Under the pieces are notes generated by a model. The model did no database searches, had not been told where the DNA came from, and saw only the letters and a list, made by a program, of their open reading frames with translations. Below are positions 20,740 through 28,838 of a stretch of DNA of 64,000 nucleotides, piece after piece (the stretch's first letter is position 1; each line of letters opens with the position of its first letter). Origin of the DNA: an uncultured Chthonomonadaceae bacterium (GTDB lineage: Bacteria > Armatimonadota > Chthonomonadetes > Chthonomonadales > Chthonomonadaceae); assembly GCA_963817895.1 (NCBI GenBank), contig CAWFQB010000001.1:352001-416000 (forward strand). Direction: 5' to 3'. The position numbers and the translations under genes were made by a program.

Positions 20740-21667
20740 ATTTAGCGTCACACGTCGTGAACTACTGCTTGGTGGCTTTGCATTGGGCGGAAGCGTGATG
20801 GTGGGAGAAACGCCTGCTTTTGCCGCGCCTGCGGTTGCGGATTTTACTTTTGTTCATATCACGGATATGCACATTCAGCCGGAGTTGGGGGCGGAAAAGG
20901 GCGTTCGCAAGGCGTTTGCGGCGGTCAAAGCGTTGCCGCGCAAGCCCGCGTTCGCGCTTGTCGGAGGCGATCTGGTGATGGATGCCGCGCTTGTGCCGCG
21001 TTCCCGCGCTGATTTAGTCTATGGAATGTGGCGCGACGCGGCGCGGGAACTCGCCTTGCCGCTGCATTACTCCATCGGCAACCACGATTTGTACGGCTTG
21101 AAGGAGGCGGATGTGGCTCGCGCCGCCGATCCCGATTACGGCAAGGGATTGTGGAAAAAGCGGCTTGGCCTGGAACGTGGTTATGATACATTCGATCATC
21201 AGGGCTGGCGGTTTGTCACGCTCAACTCTGCCGGAATCACGCCCGAAGGCAGTTGGGAGGGCGTATTGCATGACGAGGAGATCGCGTGGCTGGACAGCCT
21301 GCTACGTAAAACGCCCCGCGCCATGCCGATGGTCTTCCTGACGCACTTTCCCATTTTCACCATTTTCAATCAGTACGTAGAAGGCACGACAACCGCTCTG
21401 CCGCCCGGTATGGTCGTCAAGAACGGCAAAACGTTCAAGGAGATGATCCAAAACCACAACGTCAAAGCGGTTTTTCAGGGACATACGCACGTTGTCGAGG
21501 AGGTTACGTATCTCGGTACGCGCTATATCACAGGCGGGGCGGTATGCGGCGACTGGTGGAAAGGCAAGCGGCTGGGCGTTCACCCGGAGGGCTTTGTAGT
21601 CGCGTCCGTAAAAGGTGAAAACCTGACGTGGAAATACATGCCCTATGGGTGGACGGCACAGAAGTAG
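20732..21667 (+). CDS. Calcineurin-like metallophosphoesterase with Tat signal
   Basis: TRRELL; DMH, GGDL, GNHD, H, GHTH motifs. Confidence 0.9.
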   Translation: MPEFSVTRRELLLGGFALGGSVMVGETPAFAAPAVADFTFVHITDMHIQPELGAEKGVRKAFAAVKALPRKPAFALVGGDLVMDAALVPRSRADLVYGMWRDAARELALPLHYSIGNHDLYGLKEADVARAADPDYGKGLWKKRLGLERGYDTFDHQGWRFVTLNSAGITPEGSWEGVLHDEEIAWLDSLLRKTPRAMPMVFLTHFPIFTIFNQYVEGTTTALPPGMVVKNGKTFKEMIQNHNVKAVFQGHTHVVEEVTYLGTRYITGGAVCGDWWKGKRLGVHPEGFVVASVKGENLTWKYMPYGWTAQK

Positions 21668-21793
21668 CAACGCAGACGGAAACGCTCGGAATGCCCGCCA
21701 GCCTGCGTGTTGCTTGACAGCGGCAAGGTAAACTCGTTATACTTACGGAGAGTACAGGCACTTCTTTCACGCTTCACAGGAGCCGCGCCCATT

Positions 21794-22621
21794 ATGGCAG
21801 AAGACACAAGAACACTTTCCGAAGTTCGCGAACAGGAGACCGCCAACGGCCTGAAATGGATCGGCATTGGCGCGGGCATCATCGTGTTCGCGCTGATTAT
21901 GATCTGGATTTTGAAGGTCGCCCTGCGGGGCAATCCCAACCTGACGCACACCATGCAGATCGGCATGTATCTGGGGATTGCCGCCGGGTTTGCCGTGATC
22001 GCGGGCGCGGCGTACCGCATGAGTCAGGTAAAAAACATCCAGACGGTCGCGTTTACCTGCCCCTATTGCGACGCGACGAATCAGTTGATGTCGGAACCGA
22101 CAACGAATTTTGAATGCGAAAACTGCAACCAGACCGTGCGTTTCGAGAATGGCGTCCTCGTTCCCATTCGCGTGGTCAGCTGCGGCTCATGCGGAACCGA
22201 CAACCGCGTGTCCGTCAAATCCAACCGTTTTATCTGTCAGAAGTGCAACGCCACGATTCAGGTGCAGGCTGAACAGCCGGCGTTTGGCGCGGCCCCGGCT
22301 CAGGTGGCAACCCCGGCTTACAATACCGCTGTAGTGGGCACAATGCCGACTGCCGCGCCCCCGCCACAACCCGTCCGCCTGCTGACCGAACACAACATGG
22401 ACGCGCTGATTTACTCTTATGACCATACCCGCGAAGCGCATCTGCTTGCCAATCTGCAAACCCTGCTAGGCGTGGACGCCGAGCAGATAAAGCGGCTGAC
22501 GGGAACCATTTCCGACCGTTCGCCCCTCGTGGTAGGCGTGGACATGCCCCAGGCGGAAGCGGAAGCCCTGCGCGTCCAATTGTCGCAATTAGGGGCGAAT
22601 GTGCATTTGAGGCCGAGTTAG
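21794..22621 (+). CDS. Membrane protein with two TM helices and four CxxC Zn-ribbon motifs
   Basis: CPYC, CENC, CGSC, CQKC; TTGACA-N18-TATACT promoter-like site at 21714-21743. Confidence 0.7.
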   Translation: MAEDTRTLSEVREQETANGLKWIGIGAGIIVFALIMIWILKVALRGNPNLTHTMQIGMYLGIAAGFAVIAGAAYRMSQVKNIQTVAFTCPYCDATNQLMSEPTTNFECENCNQTVRFENGVLVPIRVVSCGSCGTDNRVSVKSNRFICQKCNATIQVQAEQPAFGAAPAQVATPAYNTAVVGTMPTAAPPPQPVRLLTEHNMDALIYSYDHTREAHLLANLQTLLGVDAEQIKRLTGTISDRSPLVVGVDMPQAEAEALRVQLSQLGANVHLRPS

Positions 22622-22696
22622 GAGTGAGAGTGAGAGTGAAGAGTGAGAGAAAGGAACTTGTCTTTTCTCTCACTCTTCGCTCTCACTCTCCACTTT

Positions 22697-22969
22697 ATGG
22701 AGACTGCCGTGCCCGTAATCGTGTACATGACGAGTTGGTGTCCCGACTGTACCCGCTCCCGGCGCGTGTTGCAGCGTTCCGATGTGGCGTTTGTCGAGAT
22801 TGATATTGACAAGATCGAGAGCGCGGAGGACGCCATGCGCGCGCAAAACGGCGGTTCCGGCAAAGTGCCTACCATTTTGATGGACACGCCGAACGGTCGC
22901 ATTGTCCTGATTGAGCCGAGCGATAAGGAACTGTCGGACGCGCTGGCAAGGTTGCCTGCAACCGTTTGA
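22697..22969 (+). CDS. Glutaredoxin/mycoredoxin-like protein
   Basis: YMTSWCPDC...VPTI. Confidence 0.85.
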   Translation: METAVPVIVYMTSWCPDCTRSRRVLQRSDVAFVEIDIDKIESAEDAMRAQNGGSGKVPTILMDTPNGRIVLIEPSDKELSDALARLPATV

Positions 22970-22983
22970 AGGCGAACACAAAG

Positions 22984-23022
22984 ATAGCCGGACAGACAAT
23001 ACAAGATTGTCTGTCCGGCTAT
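22984..23022. terminator. Hairpin between convergent genes
   Basis: atagccggacagacaat-acaag-attgtctgtccggctat. Confidence 0.65.
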
Positions 23023-23076
23023 TATGTCGCTCACCTGAACCCTCTTCCAGTTACGGGCAAGGGGTTAAAATCGTAG

Positions 23077-23352
23077 TTACTTCTTGAGGTGCTGGCGCGA
23101 TTTCTTGGTCAGTTCTTTCGGCAGCGGCTTGACGCCGGTGAGATAGTCCTGAAAGTTGCGGCTGCTCATCACGCTGGTCGTGACTTTCAGGCGCACTTTA
23201 CCTTCGGGCGTGTTGACCGTCACGGTCTGCAAATTCGGCAGGAACGTGTGATTGGTTTTGGGGGCGCGCAGGTTCCACGCGCCGGAGTGCGGGTGGCGTC
23301 GCCGATGCCCTTTGAGGGGGCCGGCCCCGGACACCTGACAAACTCGGGACAT
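23077..23352 (-). CDS. rpmB: 50S ribosomal protein L28 (bL28)
   Basis: MSRVCQVSG...G...KTNHTFLPNLQ...G..VRLKVTT; SD AAGGAG; sigma70-like promoter at 23451-23480. Confidence 0.8.
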   Translation of the reverse strand: MSRVCQVSGAGPLKGHRRRHPHSGAWNLRAPKTNHTFLPNLQTVTVNTPEGKVRLKVTTSVMSSRNFQDYLTGVKPLPKELTKKSRQHLKK

Positions 23353-23521
23353 AATAGTTCTCCTTAAAAATTGGGTATCGGCCTGATAAAACACAAGGGC
23401 AAGTGGAACACCTTTTGTATGCGCAATGGCGCAGGCGCGACAGACTTCCCAATATACCGCACTTTCCCGCCGCCTGTCAAGAATTTTGGCGACAAGTGTG
23501 GTGACTTCCTATTTTCAGGGA

Positions 23522-24334
23522 TTACACTACGCCCATCTGAAGCAGATGCCTCCGTACTCCCTCCTCCACATCGTTTGGGTATTCCACGCCATTTTGTTCG
23601 CATGCAGCCCGCGCGTCCCGCGCAAAGACGTCCATTTCCTCCCGTATGGCGAGGGCGATAGCCTGCGCTTCCGGGGCGGGGAAATAGATTTTGAGTTCCT
23701 GCTGATGGTTCTCGGAAAGCCGGTGCAGGCTGCTCACCCACCAGCCGTCGGGAGCGAGGCCGTTCCCCGTAAGCGCAACTTTCAGATGAGTCTGGAAGAG
23801 AGTTTGCTGCACATACAACATTTTATAAATATCGCTGCGACTGTGATACTTGCCGTTAAGGTACATGTAAATCCAATAGGTGGTGATGTCGCGGCTAAGT
23901 CCGTTCGCATGGGAAGCGGGAGTGGCGGGCAGCGAAGGGAGGGCAGCGAAGAGGCCATTGCGGTCGAAGACCACCTGCTTTGGAGCCGCGCCGGGTCCCT
24001 TATGCGCTTCCCCAACGGAACTGATGTAAAAGTCATAAAGCAGTACCGCATCGTCGCAGGCAAACAAAAAGGCAAAGTTACACGATTGGGGCCGCTCACC
24101 CTCCGGCAGCCACGCGAGAATCGGGCCACACAGCCGCTCGCAAAGCGAACGCAGTTCGGATTTGACGGCCTCATATTCCAGATCGTCAACGACGATGGCA
24201 AGGTCAACATCAGAATACGCATCTGCCGTCTCGTTGCCGAGCGAGCCCCACAGGTACATCGCGGCGCAACGGCGGTCAGCCTGAAAATGCGCCTCGATTC
24301 TGGCAAGCGAAGCGCGAAGACCGGGATGGATCAC
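23522..24334 (-). CDS. Nucleotidyltransferase-domain protein (aminoglycoside adenylyltransferase-like fold)
   Basis: LWGSLG...ADAYSDVDL. Confidence 0.75.
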   Translation of the reverse strand: MIHPGLRASLARIEAHFQADRRCAAMYLWGSLGNETADAYSDVDLAIVVDDLEYEAVKSELRSLCERLCGPILAWLPEGERPQSCNFAFLFACDDAVLLYDFYISSVGEAHKGPGAAPKQVVFDRNGLFAALPSLPATPASHANGLSRDITTYWIYMYLNGKYHSRSDIYKMLYVQQTLFQTHLKVALTGNGLAPDGWWVSSLHRLSENHQQELKIYFPAPEAQAIALAIREEMDVFARDARAACEQNGVEYPNDVEEGVRRHLLQMGVV

Positions 24335-24524
24335 AGGAACTCTCCTTACGGGCCGCCGTCCGTGTTAAACAGTCCGCGCGGTTCTGCGCCGGGACGCAGG
24401 CGCAGTTTGAACGTGCAGCGCGTGTTACTACAAACAGGTGACGGATAGTTTTCGTAAAACAAATCCATTTCTCACCCTGCCTTCAGGCGGGTGAGAAATG
24501 GATTTCCTGTTGAAAAAGCGTTCT

Positions 24525-24992
24525 CTAAGGAGCGTCAAAAAGCGACAATTCCTCGTCTGTTGGCGCTTGAAAAACCTCGGCGCACTGCGCAAATTGGTCG
24601 CGTGTTATCGGGGGATTTTCCATGCCGCGACGTTGAACCCGCTCGAAGAGAACCTCAATCGGAGCCGTGAGGTAGTGCAATTCAACCGCAGCGCCCAGCG
24701 CTCTCGCTCCTATCCGTAAGGCATCCCGTTCCGACCTCCCCCATGTCCCCCACTCGATAATCACCGTCAGCCCCAGCGCAAGAAGTTCCCTGCTAAAGTT
24801 CCACTGCAACGCCTCGATTCTGGCTCTCCTGTCTTCATCGTATAAATCCAGATTAAGAGCCTCCATCCACTCATCGGGACAGAAACGAATGGCGTGGAGA
24901 CGATCCGCAAGCAACTTCGCGCGCGTGGTCTTTCCCGCCCCGGGCAAGCCGCAAACAATAATCAATCTTGAGCCAGCGCCAGACGTTTGCAT
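24525..24992 (-). CDS. AAA_33-type P-loop kinase
   Basis: CGLPGAGKTT, PDEWM, EWGTWGRSER. Confidence 0.85.
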   Translation of the reverse strand: MQTSGAGSRLIIVCGLPGAGKTTRAKLLADRLHAIRFCPDEWMEALNLDLYDEDRRARIEALQWNFSRELLALGLTVIIEWGTWGRSERDALRIGARALGAAVELHYLTAPIEVLFERVQRRGMENPPITRDQFAQCAEVFQAPTDEELSLFDAP

Positions 24993-25037
24993 AGGGGGTT
25001 TTCTCTTCTCTTTCCGCTATCTCCGCCAGTAAGATGC

Positions 25038-25385
25038 TTACTGGCGATAGCCGCCTTTTGGGACTCGTTCCCGATCAAAAGGAAAGCCTGCGGCGTAGAA
25101 GGGTTTGCGCAATTTTGCGGTGTTGCCGTATGCCAGTTTTTTCAAGGCCGCGAACAGAAGCTCGGAGGTCTGTAACCATGGAAGGTTGAGGGCTTCGGCG
25201 ATTTCGGCAATGGTTGCGCCGTTCTCAAAGAACGTGATAATGTCTGATTCCTGTTGAGTAAGCATGATGATGTCCTTTATGCCAGAATAGTCCATGTTCA
25301 TCCTGGCACATCTGAGCCTACGCATCAACTTTTGAGTTCTGCTCGTAAGGGTTTTCTGAATTTTGCTTTTTATGCCTGGTAGCAT
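25038..25385 (-). CDS. Small hypothetical protein, possible HTH (start uncertain)
   Basis: LTQQESDIITFFENGATIAEIAEALNL resembles a LuxR/sigma region 4 HTH. Confidence 0.35.
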   Translation of the reverse strand: MLPGIKSKIQKTLTSRTQKLMRRLRCARMNMDYSGIKDIIMLTQQESDIITFFENGATIAEIAEALNLPWLQTSELLFAALKKLAYGNTAKLRKPFYAAGFPFDRERVPKGGYRQ

Positions 25386-25408
25386 TCGTCAGGAATCGCG
25401 AAGGCCAA

Positions 25409-26443
25409 TCAGACCGATTCATCTAGGCCGATTTCCGCCCAGACAAAAGGTGCTTCACGTTTCAACTGCTCCACTCCTTCAGGAGAAACAAACAAATATG
25501 CTTCCATTAGTGTCCCATGAAAACAATAAGAGTATTTTAAGAGGGAGGTAGCGCTGATAAGACTTCCCAGTTCATGGCGTACGTGAAAATTTACCTTATC
25601 ATATAAATCCAATTGTTCTTCAAAGGTGGCGTTTGGTGCTCCCATTGTCTCATAGTGCATCTCTCGAAATTCAGTAAGTTTTCTTGCCTCATAAGAGTTT
25701 TTAGCACGAAACCACAGTAGTAAAACAGCCTGCCATGGGAATGGCTTACCAGCGAAGCGAGCGCGCAAGATTTCTTTGTTTTTCAAAGCGTGCGCCATGT
25801 AGTAGGCGGCTTCATAAGTAAGTCGTGGCTTTTCTTGCTTAGGCTCTACAAGTTTGCTAGGGACTTCACAGTTTAGACCCTCATGGTCTTCTTGGATGAA
25901 TTGGTAGACTGACATTTCCAGTCCATGCTTGACGTTTGCTGGATAGTAACGAAAAGCAGATACATATCTTCTCCAATAACGCAGAGTTTCATAAACGCGC
26001 ACTCCTACAAGAATCTGATTACCGTCAGCCACACTCATGACTCTCTGTGCCAGATTGATGCCTGCTCCTGCAACGTTTGGATTTCCATTAATGTCGGTTA
26101 TGCGATTGTCCAGATTCTCATTCAAACCAATCCGAACTTTGAACCTTTGCGTATAGTGTTCAGCGTGTTCGTTGTGTTTGTGTACGCCTTTAAGAATGCT
26201 TAAGGCAAGTTGTAAATGAACATCATAAGGTTCTAAGAGGTCAAGTAGCCCTATGCAAATCCCGTCTCCTGTAGGCGAGAGTATATGAGATGACGCAACA
26301 AGCTCATTCGCTTTGAGAGCCTCAATTACAATCTTGTTGAGTGCATCAATAATCTCAGATTGATCCTCCACACACCTATCTAGGGTAAAGCCCACAATAT
26401 CCAAAAAAACGTATTTGGCCTGAGTCGTTTTAGTTTCAGTCAT
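25409..26443 (-). CDS. Class III nucleotidyl (adenylate/guanylate-type) cyclase domain protein with unknown C-terminal domain
   Basis: VFLDIVGFT, PTGDG, VRIGLN, DINGNPNVAGAGINLAQRVM, VKHG; visibly AT-rich. Confidence 0.82.
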   Translation of the reverse strand: MTETKTTQAKYVFLDIVGFTLDRCVEDQSEIIDALNKIVIEALKANELVASSHILSPTGDGICIGLLDLLEPYDVHLQLALSILKGVHKHNEHAEHYTQRFKVRIGLNENLDNRITDINGNPNVAGAGINLAQRVMSVADGNQILVGVRVYETLRYWRRYVSAFRYYPANVKHGLEMSVYQFIQEDHEGLNCEVPSKLVEPKQEKPRLTYEAAYYMAHALKNKEILRARFAGKPFPWQAVLLLWFRAKNSYEARKLTEFREMHYETMGAPNATFEEQLDLYDKVNFHVRHELGSLISATSLLKYSYCFHGTLMEAYLFVSPEGVEQLKREAPFVWAEIGLDESV

Positions 26444-26653
26444 TGAAAATGCCTCATAAGGTGAGTTCCCCCACAAGTGCAAACACAAAATGTCGCCGTA
26501 CTGCTGGACGCGGTATAGATCGTTCCCTGTAGTTACCCTTCACAGCGAACTCAATCCTTGTTCAACTTTTGAGAGGTCCATGTTCCTACGCGATACACGA
26601 ATGTCAGACGCAACTGGCCCGGTTCGTTTTCTGTCAGTTCGGCTTGTTCTGCC

Positions 26654-26809
26654 TCATCCTGATACCGAAACATTCGTTCTGCGGTGGAGCGCCATACGTA
26701 GGCACAGCCAGCCGTCAAGCCCACGTTTGTTAAGCATGGCCTTGATCTTATCCAATTCGTTCAAACCGAACTCCGGTGTGTCAATCTCATATTCAAGTGC
26801 TTCTTGCAT
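26654..26809 (-). CDS. Small ORF or gene remnant (51 aa, MQEALEYEIDT...LNKRGLDGW)
   Basis: Strong SD GAAGGGAGGG upstream; LN..G..GW is reminiscent of DUF4177. Confidence 0.3.
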   Translation of the reverse strand: MQEALEYEIDTPEFGLNELDKIKAMLNKRGLDGWLCLRMALHRRTNVSVSG

Positions 26810-27135
26810 AGTAGTTACCCCTCCCTTCTCAAACGACTTCCCGCAGTCGGGTCTTTTGCGAGACGCGACTGTGTATTTTTGTCTGGCTGATTCTACCGTA
26901 TTTTTACATGTTTTGCAACTTACATATTAGCAATTTGGCGCAACACGGCACTATGCTTACTTTCTAGCGTTGCCCGACTTTCACGCGCAGATCGCGCAGC
27001 AGGGGGACCGGCAGGCCGTAGATAGCATGAGCCTGCGAGATCGTGATCAGGGCGTCTTCGGGCGCGGGCAGGGCGTGGAGGGCATTGCTGTGGCGGAAGT
27101 TGACTATGACACAAACACACGCTATCCTCTCATAT

Positions 27136-27566
27136 CAGGGCCGACGCATCCAAGATGATCAACACCTGTGCTGTCGTGGCACATTCGCCACTATGTTGCG
27201 CCTGTCCTCTCTCCCCGTCGCCAAATTCAGCAAGAACACGCAAAAACGTAGAAAAATATCTGCGTAAATGGCAGAAACAAACGAACCTTCTCCATGTATG
27301 CCTCGTCTTAATCCTTACGCATGTCTACTAAACAAAGACTGCTAACAAGCCGGGCGGCGGGACGTTGAGAGTCTAAAATTCCTTTCAACAATCTAACCTG
27401 GAAGGGAGGTGCAAGAGGATGCCTGTATATACTCGGTCGCCGTAACACTTTCGAGGTCACGACGCCTCTACATACAATTTGACATAACGAGACACTGGGC
27501 TGGAAGCGCTGCATTGCCACTATTTCGACGCTGTCTCTACATACCTTTTTCTTTTCTCATTTAGAG
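27136..27566 (+). repeat. Conserved ~430-bp dispersed element, copy 2 (candidate structured RNA with micro-ORF)
   Basis: Reverse-complement homologue of 4642..5061. Confidence 0.9.
27419..27445 (+). CDS. Candidate 8-aa micropeptide MPVYTRSP (copy 2)
   Basis: AAGGGAGGTG SD, 7-nt spacer, ATG CCT GTA TAT ACT CGG TCG CCG TAA. Confidence 0.6.
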   Translation: MPVYTRSP

Positions 27567-27602
27567 CGGATGCTGTGGGCCAACCGCAGAGCAGCTTGCA
27601 AC

Positions 27603-27658
27603 CTTAACGTAACCTTAATCAAAACTTAACGTTCTCTTAATACTCCGGTGGTTATAAT
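27603..27658 (+). promoter_or_regulatory. Four CTTAA direct repeats at 11-bp period followed by TATAAT (OmpR/PhoB-type activator array)
   Basis: CTTAA at 27603, 27614, 27625, 27636; TATAAT at 27653-27658. Confidence 0.7.
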
Positions 27659-27751
27659 AAGTATGTCGCTGAATCACGATGTCGCGACTATCCTGCAAGC
27701 CCGCTGCATAGCTGCATTTGGGCTGCCGCCTTGAGTTTGAGGAGATAACCA

Positions 27752-28603
27752 TTGAAACGCAAAGCGTTTACCCTGATTGAGCTACTCGTCGTTATTGCCA
27801 TTATCGCTATTCTGGCGGCTATTCTGTTCCCCGTGTTTGCGCAGGCGCGGGAAAAGGCCCGACAGACAAGCTGCCTTTCCAACAACAAACAGCTAGGGCT
27901 TGCATTGAGCATGTACGCTCAAGATTATGATGGCACGCTGATGCAGACTTCGTGGGAACTTGGCAGTTTCAAGGCCAAAGTGCATTGGTCGTACCTGGTG
28001 CAGCCTTACGTCAAGAATCAACAGATTTTCGTGTGTCCCTCCGACCCTACGCCCGTAAAGCCCCTGAACCGATTGTGCGGCCCCGGCGACACCGTTGGCG
28101 TAACCCTGTGCGACGCGCAGGCTCCCCTGTTCTCGTACATCAACAGCTACAACGTGATGCCCGCCCACGACTGGCTGCCGCCGTCAGAAGCCGCCATTGA
28201 CAAGGCCGCCAATACCATTGTTTTAGGGGAACGCCGCAACAATATGAACGACCCCGCCATGACGCTTATCGGGCAATGGAAGGGAACATCGGCCTTTGTC
28301 GCCACGAGCGGCGGACATGGAACCGGCAGCGGCAGCGGCCAGATTTGCCCCGGCGACACCTTTCGCTTTGTGACGCTTGCCGATGTCAATGCGGGACTTG
28401 CGCCCACCAACAGCAACGACAACCCGGAAATCGTGCGCGTGAAATTCGACCGGCACACGGGCGGTTCCAACTACGCCTTTTTCGACGGTCATGCCAAGTG
28501 GTTCCGATTGGAACAGACGTTCGATCCCGGCAACTGGCAGTGGGGCGACAAGTGGTATCCCACGCCGAACCCGGACCCGCGCGCCGCTTCCAAATGTAAA
28601 TAA
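27752..28603 (+). CDS. DUF1559 prepilin-type N-terminal cleavage/methylation protein with H-X9-DG motif
   Basis: [56 protein letters not shown]. Confidence 0.92.
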   Translation: MKRKAFTLIELLVVIAIIAILAAILFPVFAQAREKARQTSCLSNNKQLGLALSMYAQDYDGTLMQTSWELGSFKAKVHWSYLVQPYVKNQQIFVCPSDPTPVKPLNRLCGPGDTVGVTLCDAQAPLFSYINSYNVMPAHDWLPPSEAAIDKAANTIVLGERRNNMNDPAMTLIGQWKGTSAFVATSGGHGTGSGSGQICPGDTFRFVTLADVNAGLAPTNSNDNPEIVRVKFDRHTGGSNYAFFDGHAKWFRLEQTFDPGNWQWGDKWYPTPNPDPRAASKCK

Positions 28604-28629
28604 CGCTCACATCGCTTGAAGCGATAAAG

Positions 28630-28661
28630 AAAGCCCCGTGCAGGAGACTGCGCGGGGCTTT
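28630..28661 (+). terminator. Intrinsic terminator-like hairpin
   Basis: aaagccccgtgcag-gaga-ctgcgcggggcttt. Confidence 0.65.
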
Positions 28662-28838
28662 GGCGTGTATAAGGCCATGTTTATGCAAGGCTTGCAGAAT
28701 GATTGCAAGCCTTGTCTCTCTTTGCCACTATTTTCTGAATGACAGCAAAATCTCCTCACCAGTGCCGATAACAGGGTATGATAATGTAGTATCCCAAAAT
28801 TTGCCGCGCGTTCGTCCTACGCAGGAGTTGATGAACCC

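Noticed and set aside
27176..27200. TGGCAC in the duplicated element as a sigma54 promoter
   Set aside because: No TTGC at the required -12 spacing in either copy.
27479..27510. Conserved TTGACA inside the duplicated element as a sigma70 promoter
   Set aside because: No -10 hexamer 16-18 nt downstream.
27666..27730. GCTGAATC start resembling a c-di-AMP (ydaO) riboswitch near the KimA-like gene
   Set aside because: The remaining conserved elements (GGAACC, GGGGTGAATC) are missing and it is not upstream of the transporter.
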